Origin: Salinispira sp.
GTDB lineage: Bacteria > Spirochaetota > Spirochaetia > DSM-27196 > Salinispiraceae
NCBI GenBank assembly: GCA_965226555.1
Contig: CBDDDG010000001.1
Location: 32,001-96,000 of the forward strand
DNA: 64,000 nucleotides
Reading direction: 5' to 3'
The translations under genes and the position numbers were made by a program. How positions within the stretch are numbered: position 1 is the stretch's first letter; each line of letters opens with the position of its first letter. The notes beneath the pieces are model-generated. The model ran no database searches. It saw only the letters and a program-made list of their open reading frames with translations, and had not been told where the DNA came from. This document shows positions 50,302 through 60,495 of this stretch, piece after piece.

Positions 50302-52592
50302 AGCAGGGCATGAAGATGCGCGGTGAAGGGTTCATCAGGATCATACGATTTTCTCCCATTGTTCTCCTGTTGATTTTGATTTTTGCGCAACATTACATTA
50401 CTGCTTCTCCTGAGGGTTTTCTCCTTACGAATCAGACTCACGATGGCATTGTTACTGCCATTGCAATAGATGCTCAGGGGCAGACAGGATTTTCCGGCGA
50501 TAGTCGGGGGGTGATCCGTGTGTGGGACTCCAATACACGGACAATCATTCAGCTTCTCCGCATTGGTACGGATCCCATTGTCAAACTTGCGGCGCATCCT
50601 GAAAAAACCGAAATTGCGGTAGTTGTGGAACAGGATGCCGGTTCATACCGCCTGTCGATATGGGATTGGAAAAGCAGAAGTATTCGATCCACCCACAATA
50701 TAGATAATTTTCCTTCATTTATGACCTACAGTCCGCAGGGGAATTTTCTTGCCCTTTCCTTTCCGCAGCGGCCTTCGCTGTACTTTTATGATACCGAACA
50801 ATCTCTGAAAATACCCTGGCTTGAAGAGGGCTTCGGCATTGTTACCTCATTTGTTATATCCAATAGCGAAATCCGATTAATGGCCTACAATGCCGCTGAG
50901 GGAAGCATCAAGTATGTTGAGCTTGAGACCGCTGTCCTCGCGCATGAGGTTCAGACAGAAAGAGGATTTAATCATCTTACTCTGCTCAAAAATCGACGCT
51001 ATGCGCTCGGATATAAAAACCGGGAACTATATCTTATTGATCTATTAAACGGCGCCATCCTCGCACGCAGGGCGAGCGGTGAAATTGGGGCTATTCTCCC
51101 CTTCAATAGTGATAAAAACCAATTCTATGTCGTTGAACAGAGAGATCGGGAGCATCAGCTCAGAATAGTCAACGTGAACATCGACAATGTTTTTTCCATA
51201 ACAATACAAACGAGAACTGCTGTTACTATCAGGGGAATAGATATCTCCTACGCGGCGAGCGGAGGAAGAATTTTTCTTACCCGTAACAGGCATGAAACAG
51301 CGCTGCTTGAAAACAACAAAAATCATATTCTCAGCGTGGTTGAAACTCAGAAGATTCAGAATATTCTCATTCAGGATGAATGGCTGTACCTGCAGACCGC
51401 TGCGGGAATGAGCCGAATTCTGCTTGCGCTGCTGCAGGATCCTGTTCAGCAGAATATATACATTGCGCCGGAGGAGGGCGAAGTTGTAGAGGAGATGAAA
51501 CTGCCGTTTTCAAACCCCGCAGGCATTACCGGACTCGGTAACGGAAAATTTATTACCTGGCCGCGCAACGAAATTGGGCATATCTATATATATGATGATG
51601 TGCAGGCAGAGTTCAGGCAAATTCCCATTCCCCTACGCGCCCCAATAAAGCATGCGCATTCCGGCAACAGATATATCAGTATCCTCGATTATTCTGACGG
51701 CCTGTATCTTTTGGATAGGCTCACATATGAGCAGGTATTGATCTATGAAAACCTGGGAATGAACGATGTCATTGAACTCTCGGATGGACATATTGTTATT
51801 GGAAAAAATAAGACAAATTTTCTTAATACCAGCCTCATTGAGGTTGATACGGTCACTGCCGAAACGAGCATCCGTCACGGCGATGATGATGTTGTTCTTG
51901 CTCTGGAACCATACCCGCGGGGCTTTTTTACACTTGGGATCGAAAATTTGCAGGAATCTTTTACAACAATTCGGCAATTCAGTGAGAACAATGCAGGGGA
52001 AGGGGAACCGCTGGAACCTCCGGAACCGCCGCGTCTGATCATGCGCTTTGCGGCCGACAGCGAGGGGAACGATTTCCATTTTATTCCAGAAACCGAAACT
52101 CTGGTAGTCAGTAATGGGCTTTCAGGATTACGAATGTATCGGAACAGGAGCCTAGAAACCCTGAAAGCCGATAATGATTTTCCCCTGAAAATATACGGAA
52201 ACAAACAGTTCATCATTACCGTAAATATCGATGGAAGTACTGCGGTATGGGATCTCAGTACAAAACAATTAAAATACCGGCACATTATCCTATCGGATAA
52301 TACTATTGTGCAATTATTTTCCAATTATTCGTACATTTCTCTGAATGCCGATTCTCCCAGCGATGATGGTACTGGGAGCGGTGGGAATGCTGTGAGCGGC
52401 GTGAGTGCCGGGAGTGGGAATGGAAATTCTCGGGAGATCAATTTTTCCCGCATTCTCAGTATACCGACCGGAGCGGATACCGGACGCTCGGGCGAGCAGG
52501 AGGCGGAGTCTCCGCCCAGCCCCGGGGGCGCGGGCGATCCTGTGTTTAACGTTCCAGTGCAACAAACTCTGCGTAGGGCGGGAGAAAATTGA
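50298..52592 (+). CDS. WD40/beta-propeller exported protein
   Basis: Signal peptide; HDGIVTAIA..SGDSRGVIRVWD. Confidence 0.7.
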   Translation: MKQGMKMRGEGFIRIIRFSPIVLLLILIFAQHYITASPEGFLLTNQTHDGIVTAIAIDAQGQTGFSGDSRGVIRVWDSNTRTIIQLLRIGTDPIVKLAAHPEKTEIAVVVEQDAGSYRLSIWDWKSRSIRSTHNIDNFPSFMTYSPQGNFLALSFPQRPSLYFYDTEQSLKIPWLEEGFGIVTSFVISNSEIRLMAYNAAEGSIKYVELETAVLAHEVQTERGFNHLTLLKNRRYALGYKNRELYLIDLLNGAILARRASGEIGAILPFNSDKNQFYVVEQRDREHQLRIVNVNIDNVFSITIQTRTAVTIRGIDISYAASGGRIFLTRNRHETALLENNKNHILSVVETQKIQNILIQDEWLYLQTAAGMSRILLALLQDPVQQNIYIAPEEGEVVEEMKLPFSNPAGITGLGNGKFITWPRNEIGHIYIYDDVQAEFRQIPIPLRAPIKHAHSGNRYISILDYSDGLYLLDRLTYEQVLIYENLGMNDVIELSDGHIVIGKNKTNFLNTSLIEVDTVTAETSIRHGDDDVVLALEPYPRGFFTLGIENLQESFTTIRQFSENNAGEGEPLEPPEPPRLIMRFAADSEGNDFHFIPETETLVVSNGLSGLRMYRNRSLETLKADNDFPLKIYGNKQFIITVNIDGSTAVWDLSTKQLKYRHIILSDNTIVQLFSNYSYISLNADSPSDDGTGSGGNAVSGVSAGSGNGNSREINFSRILSIPTGADTGRSGEQEAESPPSPGGAGDPVFNVPVQQTLRRAGEN

Positions 52593-53871
52593 TATCGATC
52601 TTTCCGACCGGACCATTCCGGTTTTTCGCAACAATGAGTTGGGTTTCAACTGCGCTGACTTCATTATCTTGGCTTCTGTCGCGGTGGAGGAAGATAACCA
52701 CATCGGCATCCTGTTCAATGGCGCCCGATTCCCTGATACTTGCCAGATGAGGTTCCTTACCCTCTGTATCCCGGCTTACCTGACTGAGCGCAACTATCGG
52801 AATGTTGAGTTCGCGCGCGAGGGCTTTCAGATTTCTGCTCACTTCTGCGACCTGAAGATGACGGTCGCGTCCGTCATTTTCAGGAGTAATAATGGAAAGA
52901 TAATCAATAAAAATTATTTCCACATTGTGGAGCGCCTTCATGCGCCGCGATTGCGCCTTGAGATCCAGAAGACGCATGTTGGGAGTATCGGAGATAAAAA
53001 GAGGAGCCTCATATATCCTGCCGGCAACATCCATGAGGGCATGAAAGTCCGATTGCCGTATTTTTCCCTTGCGCAGCAGGTTGCTGGGGATGTGCGTTTC
53101 GAGGGAGATGAGTCGGAGCATGAGCTGCATGTCGGCCATCTCAAGGCTGAAAAATCCTGCAGTTTGCTTGTCTTTTCGCAGACAGATGTTACGGATCATG
53201 GAAAGCGCGAGGGCAGTTTTTCCAATTGATGGGCGGGCTCCAATGATAATGAACTCCGATTTTTGAAATCCGTCAGTCATGTTGTCGAGTTCAGTAAAGC
53301 CGCTTGCTACCCCGGTATGCTGCCACGGATTATTGTAATGATCTTCAATTGTTGCAATAGCCCGGGAAATAGTCTCCCTGACCTGTCGGAAATTTCCCGC
53401 AAATTGCGTATTTGTAACATCAAAAATCTTCTGTTCGGACCTGTCGAGAATCTGCTCAATGTTACCCGATGTGTCATAGGCATCATCACTAATATCTACC
53501 GCCAAGCGCAGGAGAGTTCTTCTCATGCTATTTTCCCAGACAATACCGACATAATACTGAACATTACTGCTGGTCGGTACTGTTGAGGTAAGCGTGGAAA
53601 TATACGAGGCGCCTCCAATCTCATTGAGAAGATTTTGAGATTGAAGTTCGTCCGTCAGGGTAATAATGTCAACAGCTTCACCCTTACTGAAAAGATTCAG
53701 TATGGCGGTATATATTTTCTGATGCGCCTGACGGTAGAAGTCCTCGGATCGTAAACGGACATGTACTTCGTCCATTACGGTATCCTTCGGATTCAGTAAA
53801 ATTGCTCCGAGACATGCCTGTTCCGCTTCAATGTTATGGGGAGGCACCCGCCCGGGTGAGGAACTGGGCAC
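52546..53871 (-). CDS. dnaB: Replicative helicase DnaB
   Basis: PPHNIEAEQ, GARPSIGKT, IDYL, ESGAIEQDAD, KNRNGP. Confidence 0.98.
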   Translation of the reverse strand: MPSSSPGRVPPHNIEAEQACLGAILLNPKDTVMDEVHVRLRSEDFYRQAHQKIYTAILNLFSKGEAVDIITLTDELQSQNLLNEIGGASYISTLTSTVPTSSNVQYYVGIVWENSMRRTLLRLAVDISDDAYDTSGNIEQILDRSEQKIFDVTNTQFAGNFRQVRETISRAIATIEDHYNNPWQHTGVASGFTELDNMTDGFQKSEFIIIGARPSIGKTALALSMIRNICLRKDKQTAGFFSLEMADMQLMLRLISLETHIPSNLLRKGKIRQSDFHALMDVAGRIYEAPLFISDTPNMRLLDLKAQSRRMKALHNVEIIFIDYLSIITPENDGRDRHLQVAEVSRNLKALARELNIPIVALSQVSRDTEGKEPHLASIRESGAIEQDADVVIFLHRDRSQDNEVSAVETQLIVAKNRNGPVGKIDINFLPPYAEFVALER

Positions 53872-53877
53872 GTTGTG

Positions 53878-54330
53878 TTATTCTCCTTCCTTCAGGACGC
53901 TCACTGCGAGAATAGCTTCTTCATCATTATACAGATGAATGGTGATATTATAGTTTCCAAGATATTTCAGCGTATGCCCCGGAATATCAATTTTTTTCCG
54001 TTCAACAGTAATGTCTCTGGCTTCGAGGGCATCAATAATCATGTGCGCAGTTACGGCTCCGAAGAGTTTACCCTTATCTCCCGCGGGCATACGAAATTCA
54101 AGGGGAGTATCGGCAATACGCTCTTTTACCGAAAGTGCCTGTCGGCGCTTTTCTTCCTTATTCTTTGCGATGAGATTTTTTCTGCTTTCGAAAAAAGACA
54201 GATTTGCCTTATTGTACATGGAGACCAGTTTCTTCGGCAGGAGATAGTTACGCGCATAGCCTGCGGATACTTCAAGAATATCCCCCTCCTCACCAAGCTC
54301 TGCAATATCAGTGTTCAGGATCACTTTCAT
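53878..54330 (-). CDS. rplI: 50S ribosomal protein L9
   Basis: GYARNYLLP, GKLFGAVT. Confidence 0.97.
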   Translation of the reverse strand: MKVILNTDIAELGEEGDILEVSAGYARNYLLPKKLVSMYNKANLSFFESRKNLIAKNKEEKRRQALSVKERIADTPLEFRMPAGDKGKLFGAVTAHMIIDALEARDITVERKKIDIPGHTLKYLGNYNITIHLYNDEEAILAVSVLKEGE

Positions 54331-55217
54331 ATTTTTTCCTCGTGTGTATTTTTATTCAATTGTGGAATCCAGATTGATGCAATACCTAAAATAACTAGCC
54401 CTAGGATAAAGATTGCATTTACTCCGGGCACCAAAATAGCCAATATCAGCAATGCTGGTATAAAGGGTTTTTTCCCCAATAAACCGGCCAGAATACCAAA
54501 ACCTTTAAGGAAGTATAGCAGGGCAGCAAAAAGAAAACAATTCCACCCAATGTAGGAAAGGGGAATAATGGTAAGAATTTCTCCTGCCATGAGTACTATT
54601 GCAGATACAATAAATACCCATATGAACCATTCTGGAAAGTTGAGGCGAATCCGCAGTAATGATGATACACCGCTGCCCAATGCTCGTCCAAGTCCGTATC
54701 CGAGAATGAGAGACAGGGTTGAGCTGAGTACGATTGCGCGCAGGGCCAGATCGAATATGAAGTTGATCTGCTGTTCAAGACCCTGACGCGGTACGATTGC
54801 TGCAAAAAGTTCTTCAATTTCTGGACTTCCTTCCAGCGCGGAGATGATGCCTGTGATCAGCGTATCCCGTCCAGTAATGCCTAATACCAGTATCGTGCCA
54901 AGGGTACAGAAAAGAGATGCAATGATAAGCCTCTTCCACCCTTCGTTGAACTGAAGCATATTAAGCGCAGCAAGTCCCGCAAGCAGCCCGAGGGGAATGA
55001 GTATCTCCTGTCCAATACCCCGAAAAACGGAAAGAAGCAGGCCAGTGCACAGGGAAATGACAGAACTCAGCAGAAATTCCTGTCGTCCATACTTCGACCA
55101 TGTGAATTGAAGAGGCGCAAGGTAGAAAATACTCAGTGAGTACATGAACAATCCGCTGAAAACTCCGGCAATTACGGTGGGAATACATATGCGGGGGGGT
55201 GGAATCTCAATTTTCAT
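54327..55217 (-). CDS. DUF2232/YybS-like membrane protein
   Basis: Multi-TM protein at the conserved position between rpsR and rplI. Confidence 0.75.
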   Translation of the reverse strand: MKIEIPPPRICIPTVIAGVFSGLFMYSLSIFYLAPLQFTWSKYGRQEFLLSSVISLCTGLLLSVFRGIGQEILIPLGLLAGLAALNMLQFNEGWKRLIIASLFCTLGTILVLGITGRDTLITGIISALEGSPEIEELFAAIVPRQGLEQQINFIFDLALRAIVLSSTLSLILGYGLGRALGSGVSSLLRIRLNFPEWFIWVFIVSAIVLMAGEILTIIPLSYIGWNCFLFAALLYFLKGFGILAGLLGKKPFIPALLILAILVPGVNAIFILGLVILGIASIWIPQLNKNTHEEKI

Positions 55218-55221
55218 AATC

Positions 55222-57072
55222 TCAGCCCATTGGCAGGAGGCCAAGGTAACGTGCCCGCTTTATTTCTCTTACCAGAAGGCGCTGATTCTTTGCTGAGGTT
55301 CCGGTATTTCTCCGGGCAAGGATGCGTCCCTTTTCGGTAACGAATCGGCGGAGTATATCCGGCTGTTTATAGTTGATAGTAAGGTTCTGTGTTTTGATCC
55401 TATCGACTTTTTTCTTGAAAAAAAGCTTTCCGGTTCTGCGCTTCATTGGTCGGCGCATGTCACGGTCGTTGTTTTCGACGCTGGTAGTGTCTCTGTTGGC
55501 CGGGGATTTGCCTTTGTCGGGCGGAGTAGTGTCAGCCTTTTCCTGCTTGGGTGCTTCCTGCTTGGGCGCTTCCTGTTTAGGTGCTTCCTGTTTAGGTGCT
55601 TCCTGCTTGGGCGCTTCCTGCTTGGGCGCTTCCTGCTTTGGCGCTTCTTGCTGAGGCGTTTCCTGCTTGGGCGCTTCCTGCTTGGGTGCTTCCTGCTTGG
55701 GCGCTTCTTGCTTGGGCGCTTCCTGCTGAGGCGCTTCTTGCTTGGGTGCTTCCTGCTTCGGTGTTTCTTGCTTTGGCGTTTCCTGCTTGGGTGCTTCCTG
55801 CTTGGGCGCTTCCTGCTTGGGCGCTTCTTGCTGAGGCGTTTCCTGCTTGGGCGCTTCCCGCTTCTTAGGTACTACCTTCTTCTTTGGTGTTTCTTGCTTG
55901 GGCGTTTCCTGCTGAGGCGTTTCTTGCTTTGGCGCTTCTTGCTTGGGCGCTTCCCGCTTGGGTGTTTCTTGCTTGGGCGCTTCCCGCTTTGGCGTTTCCT
56001 GCTTCGGTGTTTCTGGCTTTGGCGCTTCTTGCTTCGGTGTTTCTGGCTTTGGCGCTTCTTGCTTCGGTGCTTCCTGTTTAGGTGCTTCCTGCTTGGGTGT
56101 TTCTTGCTTGGGCGCTTCCTGTTTAGGTGCTTCCTGCTTGGGCGTTTCTGGCTTAGGCGCTTCCCGCTTCTTAGGTACTACCTTCTTCTTTGGTGTTTCT
56201 GGCTTTGGCGTTTCCTGCTTGGGCGCTTCTTGCTTGGGCGCTTCCTGTTTAGGTGCTTCCTGCTTGGGCGCTTCCTGTTTGGGTGCTTCCTGCTTGGGCG
56301 GAGTGCTGTCTTTGTCGGGCGGAGTAGTGTCAGCCTTTTCCTGCTTGGGTGCTTCCTGCTGAGGCGCTTCTTGCTTTGGTGTTTCTTGCTTGGGTGCTTC
56401 CTGCTGAGGCGCTTCCTGTTTAGGTACTACCTTCTTCTTTGGTGCTTCTTGCTTGGGCGTTTCCTGCTTGGGTGCTTCTTGCTGAGGCGTTTCCTGCTTG
56501 GGTACTACCTTCTTCTTTGGTGTTTCTTGCTTGGGCGCTTCCCGCTTGGGCGCTTCCCGCTTGGGTGTTTCTGGCTTAGGCGCTTCCTGTTTAGGTGCTT
56601 CCTGCTGAGGCGCCTCCTGTTTAGGTGCTTCCTGCTTGGGCGCTTCTTGCTTGGGCGCTTCCTGTTTAGGTGCTTCCTGCTTGGGCGCTTCCTGCTTTGG
56701 CGCTTCTTGCTGAGGCGCTTCCTGCTTGGGCGCTTCCCGCTTCTTAGGTACTACCTTCTTCTTTGGTGCTTCCTGCTTGGGCGCTTCCTGCTTGGGTGCT
56801 TCCCGCTTGGGCGTTTCCTGCTGAGGCGTTTCCTGCTTTGGCGCTTCCTGCTTGGGCGTTTCCTGCTTGGGCGCTTCTTGCTTGGGCGCTTCCTGTTTAG
56901 GTGCTTCCTGCTTGGGCGCTTCCTGCTTTGGCGCTTCTTGCTGAGGCGCTTCCTGCTTGGGCGTTTCCTGCTTGGGCGTTTCCCGCTTGGGCGTTTCCTG
57001 CTGAGGCGTTTCCTGCTTGGGTGTTTCTGGCTTTGGCGTTTCCTGCTTAGGTATGTCTGGTTTTTCGTTCAT
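55222..57072 (-). CDS. rpsR: 30S ribosomal protein S18 with giant repeat extension
   Basis: C-terminus [52 protein letters not shown] before ATG 57072; lies after ssb. Confidence 0.9.
   Translation of the reverse strand: MNEKPDIPKQETPKPETPKQETPQQETPKRETPKQETPKQEAPQQEAPKQEAPKQEAPKQEAPKQEAPKQETPKQEAPKQETPQQETPKREAPKQEAPKQEAPKKKVVPKKREAPKQEAPQQEAPKQEAPKQEAPKQEAPKQEAPKQEAPKQEAPQQEAPKQEAPKPETPKREAPKREAPKQETPKKKVVPKQETPQQEAPKQETPKQEAPKKKVVPKQEAPQQEAPKQETPKQEAPQQEAPKQEKADTTPPDKDSTPPKQEAPKQEAPKQEAPKQEAPKQEAPKQETPKPETPKKKVVPKKREAPKPETPKQEAPKQEAPKQETPKQEAPKQEAPKQEAPKPETPKQEAPKPETPKQETPKREAPKQETPKREAPKQEAPKQETPQQETPKQETPKKKVVPKKREAPKQETPQQEAPKQEAPKQEAPKQETPKQETPKQEAPKQEAPQQEAPKQEAPKQEAPKQEAPKQETPQQEAPKQEAPKQEAPKQEAPKQEAPKQEAPKQEAPKQEKADTTPPDKGKSPANRDTTSVENNDRDMRRPMKRRTGKLFFKKKVDRIKTQNLTINYKQPDILRRFVTEKGRILARRNTGTSAKNQRLLVREIKRARYLGLLPMG
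55540..57050 (-). repeat. 15-bp degenerate tandem repeat encoding P(K/Q)(Q/R/P)E(A/T), roughly 90-100 units
   Basis: Seen directly; punctuated by KKKVVP and two KADTTPPDK blocks. Confidence 0.95.
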
Positions 57073-57083
57073 ATGATCCTCCA

Positions 57084-57548
57084 TTAAAAGGGAATATCGT
57101 CATCAAAACTGCTGTCAAATGATTCTGGTGATTCTGGCGCAGCAGTACTTCCATTGCCGGTATTGGCATTTGTTTGTTGATGTGCGCGTTGATCGTTTCG
57201 TTGATCGTTTCGAGAAGAACCGCCGATGAGTTGAATATCGTTTACAAAAATTTCAACCCTGCTGCGGTTCTGTGATGTCTGCTTATCCTGCCAGCGATTC
57301 TGCTGAAGCGTTCCCTGAAGTGCAACCTGCTTTCCTTTCAGCAGATAACGCTGAAGAGCGTCGGCTCTGCGCCCCAGCATAACGGCATCGAAGAAATGGC
57401 TTTCTTCAACCCATTGGTCGCCGTCTTTTCTGCTTTGCGTATTCGCAATGGAAAAACGGACAATTGCGGTTCCTGATGCGCTGTATTTTGCTTCCGAATC
57501 GCGGGTAAGGCGGCCGATAATTAATACGGAATTAATGTCTGTTACCAT
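57084..57548 (-). CDS. ssb: Single-stranded DNA-binding protein
   Basis: IGRLTRD; DDDIPF tail. Confidence 0.97.
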   Translation of the reverse strand: MVTDINSVLIIGRLTRDSEAKYSASGTAIVRFSIANTQSRKDGDQWVEESHFFDAVMLGRRADALQRYLLKGKQVALQGTLQQNRWQDKQTSQNRSRVEIFVNDIQLIGGSSRNDQRNDQRAHQQTNANTGNGSTAAPESPESFDSSFDDDIPF

Positions 57549-57559
57549 AAGTTTCTCCT

Positions 57560-57841
57560 TTATTCGTTGCAGCGGATTACAAGAATGCGGATTAAATTCT
57601 CAATGAGAGCGACATTCTTTTCAATTTGATGAGCCTTGTCAGGCTCCATGGTAAATTTGAATACAAGATAGTGTGCATCAAGCTGATTTTTTATGGGATA
57701 GGACAGCATCCGAACACCCATGTCATGTTCCGAGATTGATTCTGCCCCCAGTTCTGTAATGTGGGAAAGAATCTCTTTTTTGCCGCTGGTGAACAGATCT
57801 TCTTCAGACCTGAATACACAGGCTGCTTCATAGGTTCGCAT
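57560..57841 (-). CDS. rpsF: 30S ribosomal protein S6
   Basis: MRTYE..MGVRMLSYPIK; AAGGAGG RBS. Confidence 0.93.
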   Translation of the reverse strand: MRTYEAACVFRSEEDLFTSGKKEILSHITELGAESISEHDMGVRMLSYPIKNQLDAHYLVFKFTMEPDKAHQIEKNVALIENLIRILVIRCNE

Positions 57842-58053
57842 GTTTCCTCCTTGCGGACCAATCGGCGAAGCTTCAGACCTCACCGAAATTGACTATCCTG
57901 TATCCATCCTCTTTTCAGGTCAGGAACAGCCAGAATAGTAAAGAGACAGGAATATCATCCTGCAATATATATCGTGTATTGAATGATTATTACACAATAA
58001 GAATCATCCTACTACAGAAAAAATAGTGTGTCAATTCATTGTCAAGTTATTTT

Positions 58054-58169
58054 TGGGAAATAAACACGGATGGAAACAGTGAACAGCAGTATCACATATT
58101 CTCAGTATCATCGCAAGTCTCGGAAGTATCAGGCTGCGGCTGCGATGTATGATTGGCGATTTAATATCA
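58054..58169 (+). mobile_element. Internally deleted, degenerate IS481 derivative
   Basis: 58072-58158 matches the start of the IS481 transposase (GGAAACAGTGAACAG..GATTGGCG); IR-like TGGGAAATAAAC and TTAATATC at the edges. Confidence 0.7.
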
Positions 58170-58223
58170 TTAATTACAATTGCCTGATCTATTTTTTCTT
58201 TCACAATTATACCTTATCATCAC

Positions 58224-59414
58224 TCATTTCAGTGCATTGATAATTTCCACCACCTGCTTTACTTTCTGCCCAGACCCCTGCCTGCTTATAAGCAGGGCAT
58301 CTTCTGTTTCTACAACGATTAGGTCGTCTATGTCAATAAGCGCGATCTGTTTTTTCGGATGCTGTTGAGTAATGACCATGTTTCGCTGCGCATCAATGTG
58401 GATCGGCGTGGCGGTATGGGGTGTATTGGGCGGCTGCGGAGCCGAAGCCTGCGGAGCTGAAACAAACAGGTTATCCCCGGATGTCCGCGTAAGGGCATTT
58501 TCATTTCCGCTTTCGGGGCTGCGGTAGTACTCGTACAGGGAATCTAGGCTGCCGAGGTCGCTCCAGCCGAAACTGCAGGGCAGTACGGTAATGCGGTTAC
58601 TGTGCTCCATGACTGCGTAGTCGATGGAGACCGATGGAATTGCCTCCATGAGCTCAGTCTGCGGCTGCCAGAATTGACGCCCGGGCTGGCTGTTGGGCGA
58701 GGCGGCGGGCGGCGGAGCGAATGCAGTGCCGGCACTATCTGCCTGAACAGCGCGGGCGCAGGCATCATGAACTTCGGGGGCATGAAGGCTCAGTTCTTCC
58801 AGCAGAACGCCTGCTTTGAAGCAGAACATGCCGCTGTTCCAGTAATAGTTGCCGGCCCGCAGGTACTCGGCGGCAGTTGCCTCATTGGGTTTTTCACGGA
58901 ATGACCTGACCGCATAGGAGTTCTGCGGGGAGCTGACCGCGGTATCCGCTTCAATGTAGCCGTAGCCTGTTTCCGGGCGGGTCGGAGTAATTCCGAAGGT
59001 TACGATACGTCCGGCTCCTGCTATATCGATGGCGCAGGTAAGCGTTTCGCAGTAGGCTTTCACCCGAGTAATTATATGATCCGAGGGAAGCACAATGAAT
59101 ATATCGTGCGGATCGGCGAGCATGGCTGCAAGCGCAATGGCAGGAGCAGTGTTTCGGGCAATCGGCTCAATGATGGAGAAATACTCGTCAATGCCCAGCC
59201 TCTGCAGCTGCTCACATGCCAGAGTAGTCTGCTGACTGTTTGCGGCGATCATGAGCTGCGATGTTAGCATGCGGTTCCTTTCCACCGTGCGTTCGAAGAG
59301 CGTCTGCCCGGGCAGAATGGGGGCAAACTGCTTCGGCAGCTCAGGCCGGGAAAGCGGCCAGAGGCGGGTGCCCATGCCGCCGCAGAGTATGAGCGTGATA
59401 ACTTTACCGATCAT
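58224..59414 (-). CDS. manC: Mannose-1-phosphate guanylyltransferase
   Basis: GGMGTRLWPLSR..PKQF, RNTAPAI, WNSGMF, SIDYAVME, WSDLGS. Confidence 0.93.
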   Translation of the reverse strand: MIGKVITLILCGGMGTRLWPLSRPELPKQFAPILPGQTLFERTVERNRMLTSQLMIAANSQQTTLACEQLQRLGIDEYFSIIEPIARNTAPAIALAAMLADPHDIFIVLPSDHIITRVKAYCETLTCAIDIAGAGRIVTFGITPTRPETGYGYIEADTAVSSPQNSYAVRSFREKPNEATAAEYLRAGNYYWNSGMFCFKAGVLLEELSLHAPEVHDACARAVQADSAGTAFAPPPAASPNSQPGRQFWQPQTELMEAIPSVSIDYAVMEHSNRITVLPCSFGWSDLGSLDSLYEYYRSPESGNENALTRTSGDNLFVSAPQASAPQPPNTPHTATPIHIDAQRNMVITQQHPKKQIALIDIDDLIVVETEDALLISRQGSGQKVKQVVEIINALK

Positions 59415-60409
59415 CCTTCAGAAACCGTATTTCCTTCAGGAATAAGGTCGGCAATTGTGCGGCGTATTCCCTCCGCCAAGCTCACCTCCGGCGTAAAATG
59501 CAGTTCTTTTCGCTTCTCTGAAGCAACCTGAGTGTTTGCGCAGAATTTTTTTATGCGGATGGCGCTGATGGCAAATTTCTTTGATGTAATGCCTGCGATA
59601 ACATCGCAGAGCATACCACCCATATATACCAGCCAGTACGGCATTCTCAGAAAACCGGAAGAGATGCCCATCTCCCTCCTCACCAGAGTAACAAATTCAT
59701 TCATATCCATATCCGGCTGATCGGCATAATTATATAGATGGATTCCCGCGGGCAACGCGAAATTGGAGGCGGGCTGCGCTGAATGAGCGCAGTGCTCCAG
59801 AAAGGAAGCAATGTTTTCAACATAACTCATAGATTTTCTGTTTCTGCCATTACCCACCATAATAAAAAAACCGGAAATTATTTGTCTGAGCAGATTATAC
59901 ACATTACCCCTGTTGCCTTCACCGAATACCACTGAGGGCCGTACGATAATGAGCCTGCGAGTCTGCGGTTTTTCTTTCTGCCAGTTACTGTATATCTGTT
60001 CGGCCTGCAGCTTTGTTCGTCCGTATTCATTGAATGGTTCCGGTGTATCGTTCTCACTGGTACAGCTCCCCGAGAGGCTGTACACAGCAACCGAAGATGT
60101 AAACACTATGGTCTGTATATCATGTCGGCGCGCTGCCTCACAGACATTGCGCGCGCCGTCAACATTTACCTCCGTATAAAGACTCACGGGGGTAACATTA
60201 TCTTTGTGCTCGGCCGCAAGATTAACAATAACCGAAGTTCCCGCAAGCGCAGACGAAAGTTCATCGGCACTTCTGACATCCGCAGAGATCACTTCATAGC
60301 CCCGAGCGGATTGTTGAATATCAATAATACGGAATTGTTTTTTATGTTCTGTTAAACGCTTTGCCAGACGGGAGCCAATGAATCCCGACCCGCCGATAAC
60401 TGCAATCAT
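59411..60409 (-). CDS. NAD-dependent epimerase/dehydratase
   Basis: GGSGFIG, SSVAVY, YGRTK. Confidence 0.92.
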   Translation of the reverse strand: MIAVIGGSGFIGSRLAKRLTEHKKQFRIIDIQQSARGYEVISADVRSADELSSALAGTSVIVNLAAEHKDNVTPVSLYTEVNVDGARNVCEAARRHDIQTIVFTSSVAVYSLSGSCTSENDTPEPFNEYGRTKLQAEQIYSNWQKEKPQTRRLIIVRPSVVFGEGNRGNVYNLLRQIISGFFIMVGNGRNRKSMSYVENIASFLEHCAHSAQPASNFALPAGIHLYNYADQPDMDMNEFVTLVRREMGISSGFLRMPYWLVYMGGMLCDVIAGITSKKFAISAIRIKKFCANTQVASEKRKELHFTPEVSLAEGIRRTIADLIPEGNTVSEG

Positions 60410-60495
60410 AACTGCCTCTGTATGTCTCTTCTCATATCCCTTTACTATAGCACACAACATATAAGTAGTCAGCCCAGGAGGCGCAGCCTCCGCCA

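Noticed and set aside
52405..53229. 274-aa + strand ORF and similar long antisense ORFs (53875-54555, 62311-63048)
   Set aside because: Antisense to dnaB, rplI and mnmG, with no recognisable motifs.
55648..57087. 479-aa Leu/Phe/Arg-rich ORF on the + strand
   Set aside because: Antisense shadow of the stop-free 15-bp repeat in rpsR.
57890..57960. Hairpin upstream of rpsF as an S6:S18 leader RNA
   Set aside because: Pairing is visible (TCCTGT/ACAGGA, CTCTTT/AAAGAG) but I cannot match it to the family without a covariance search.
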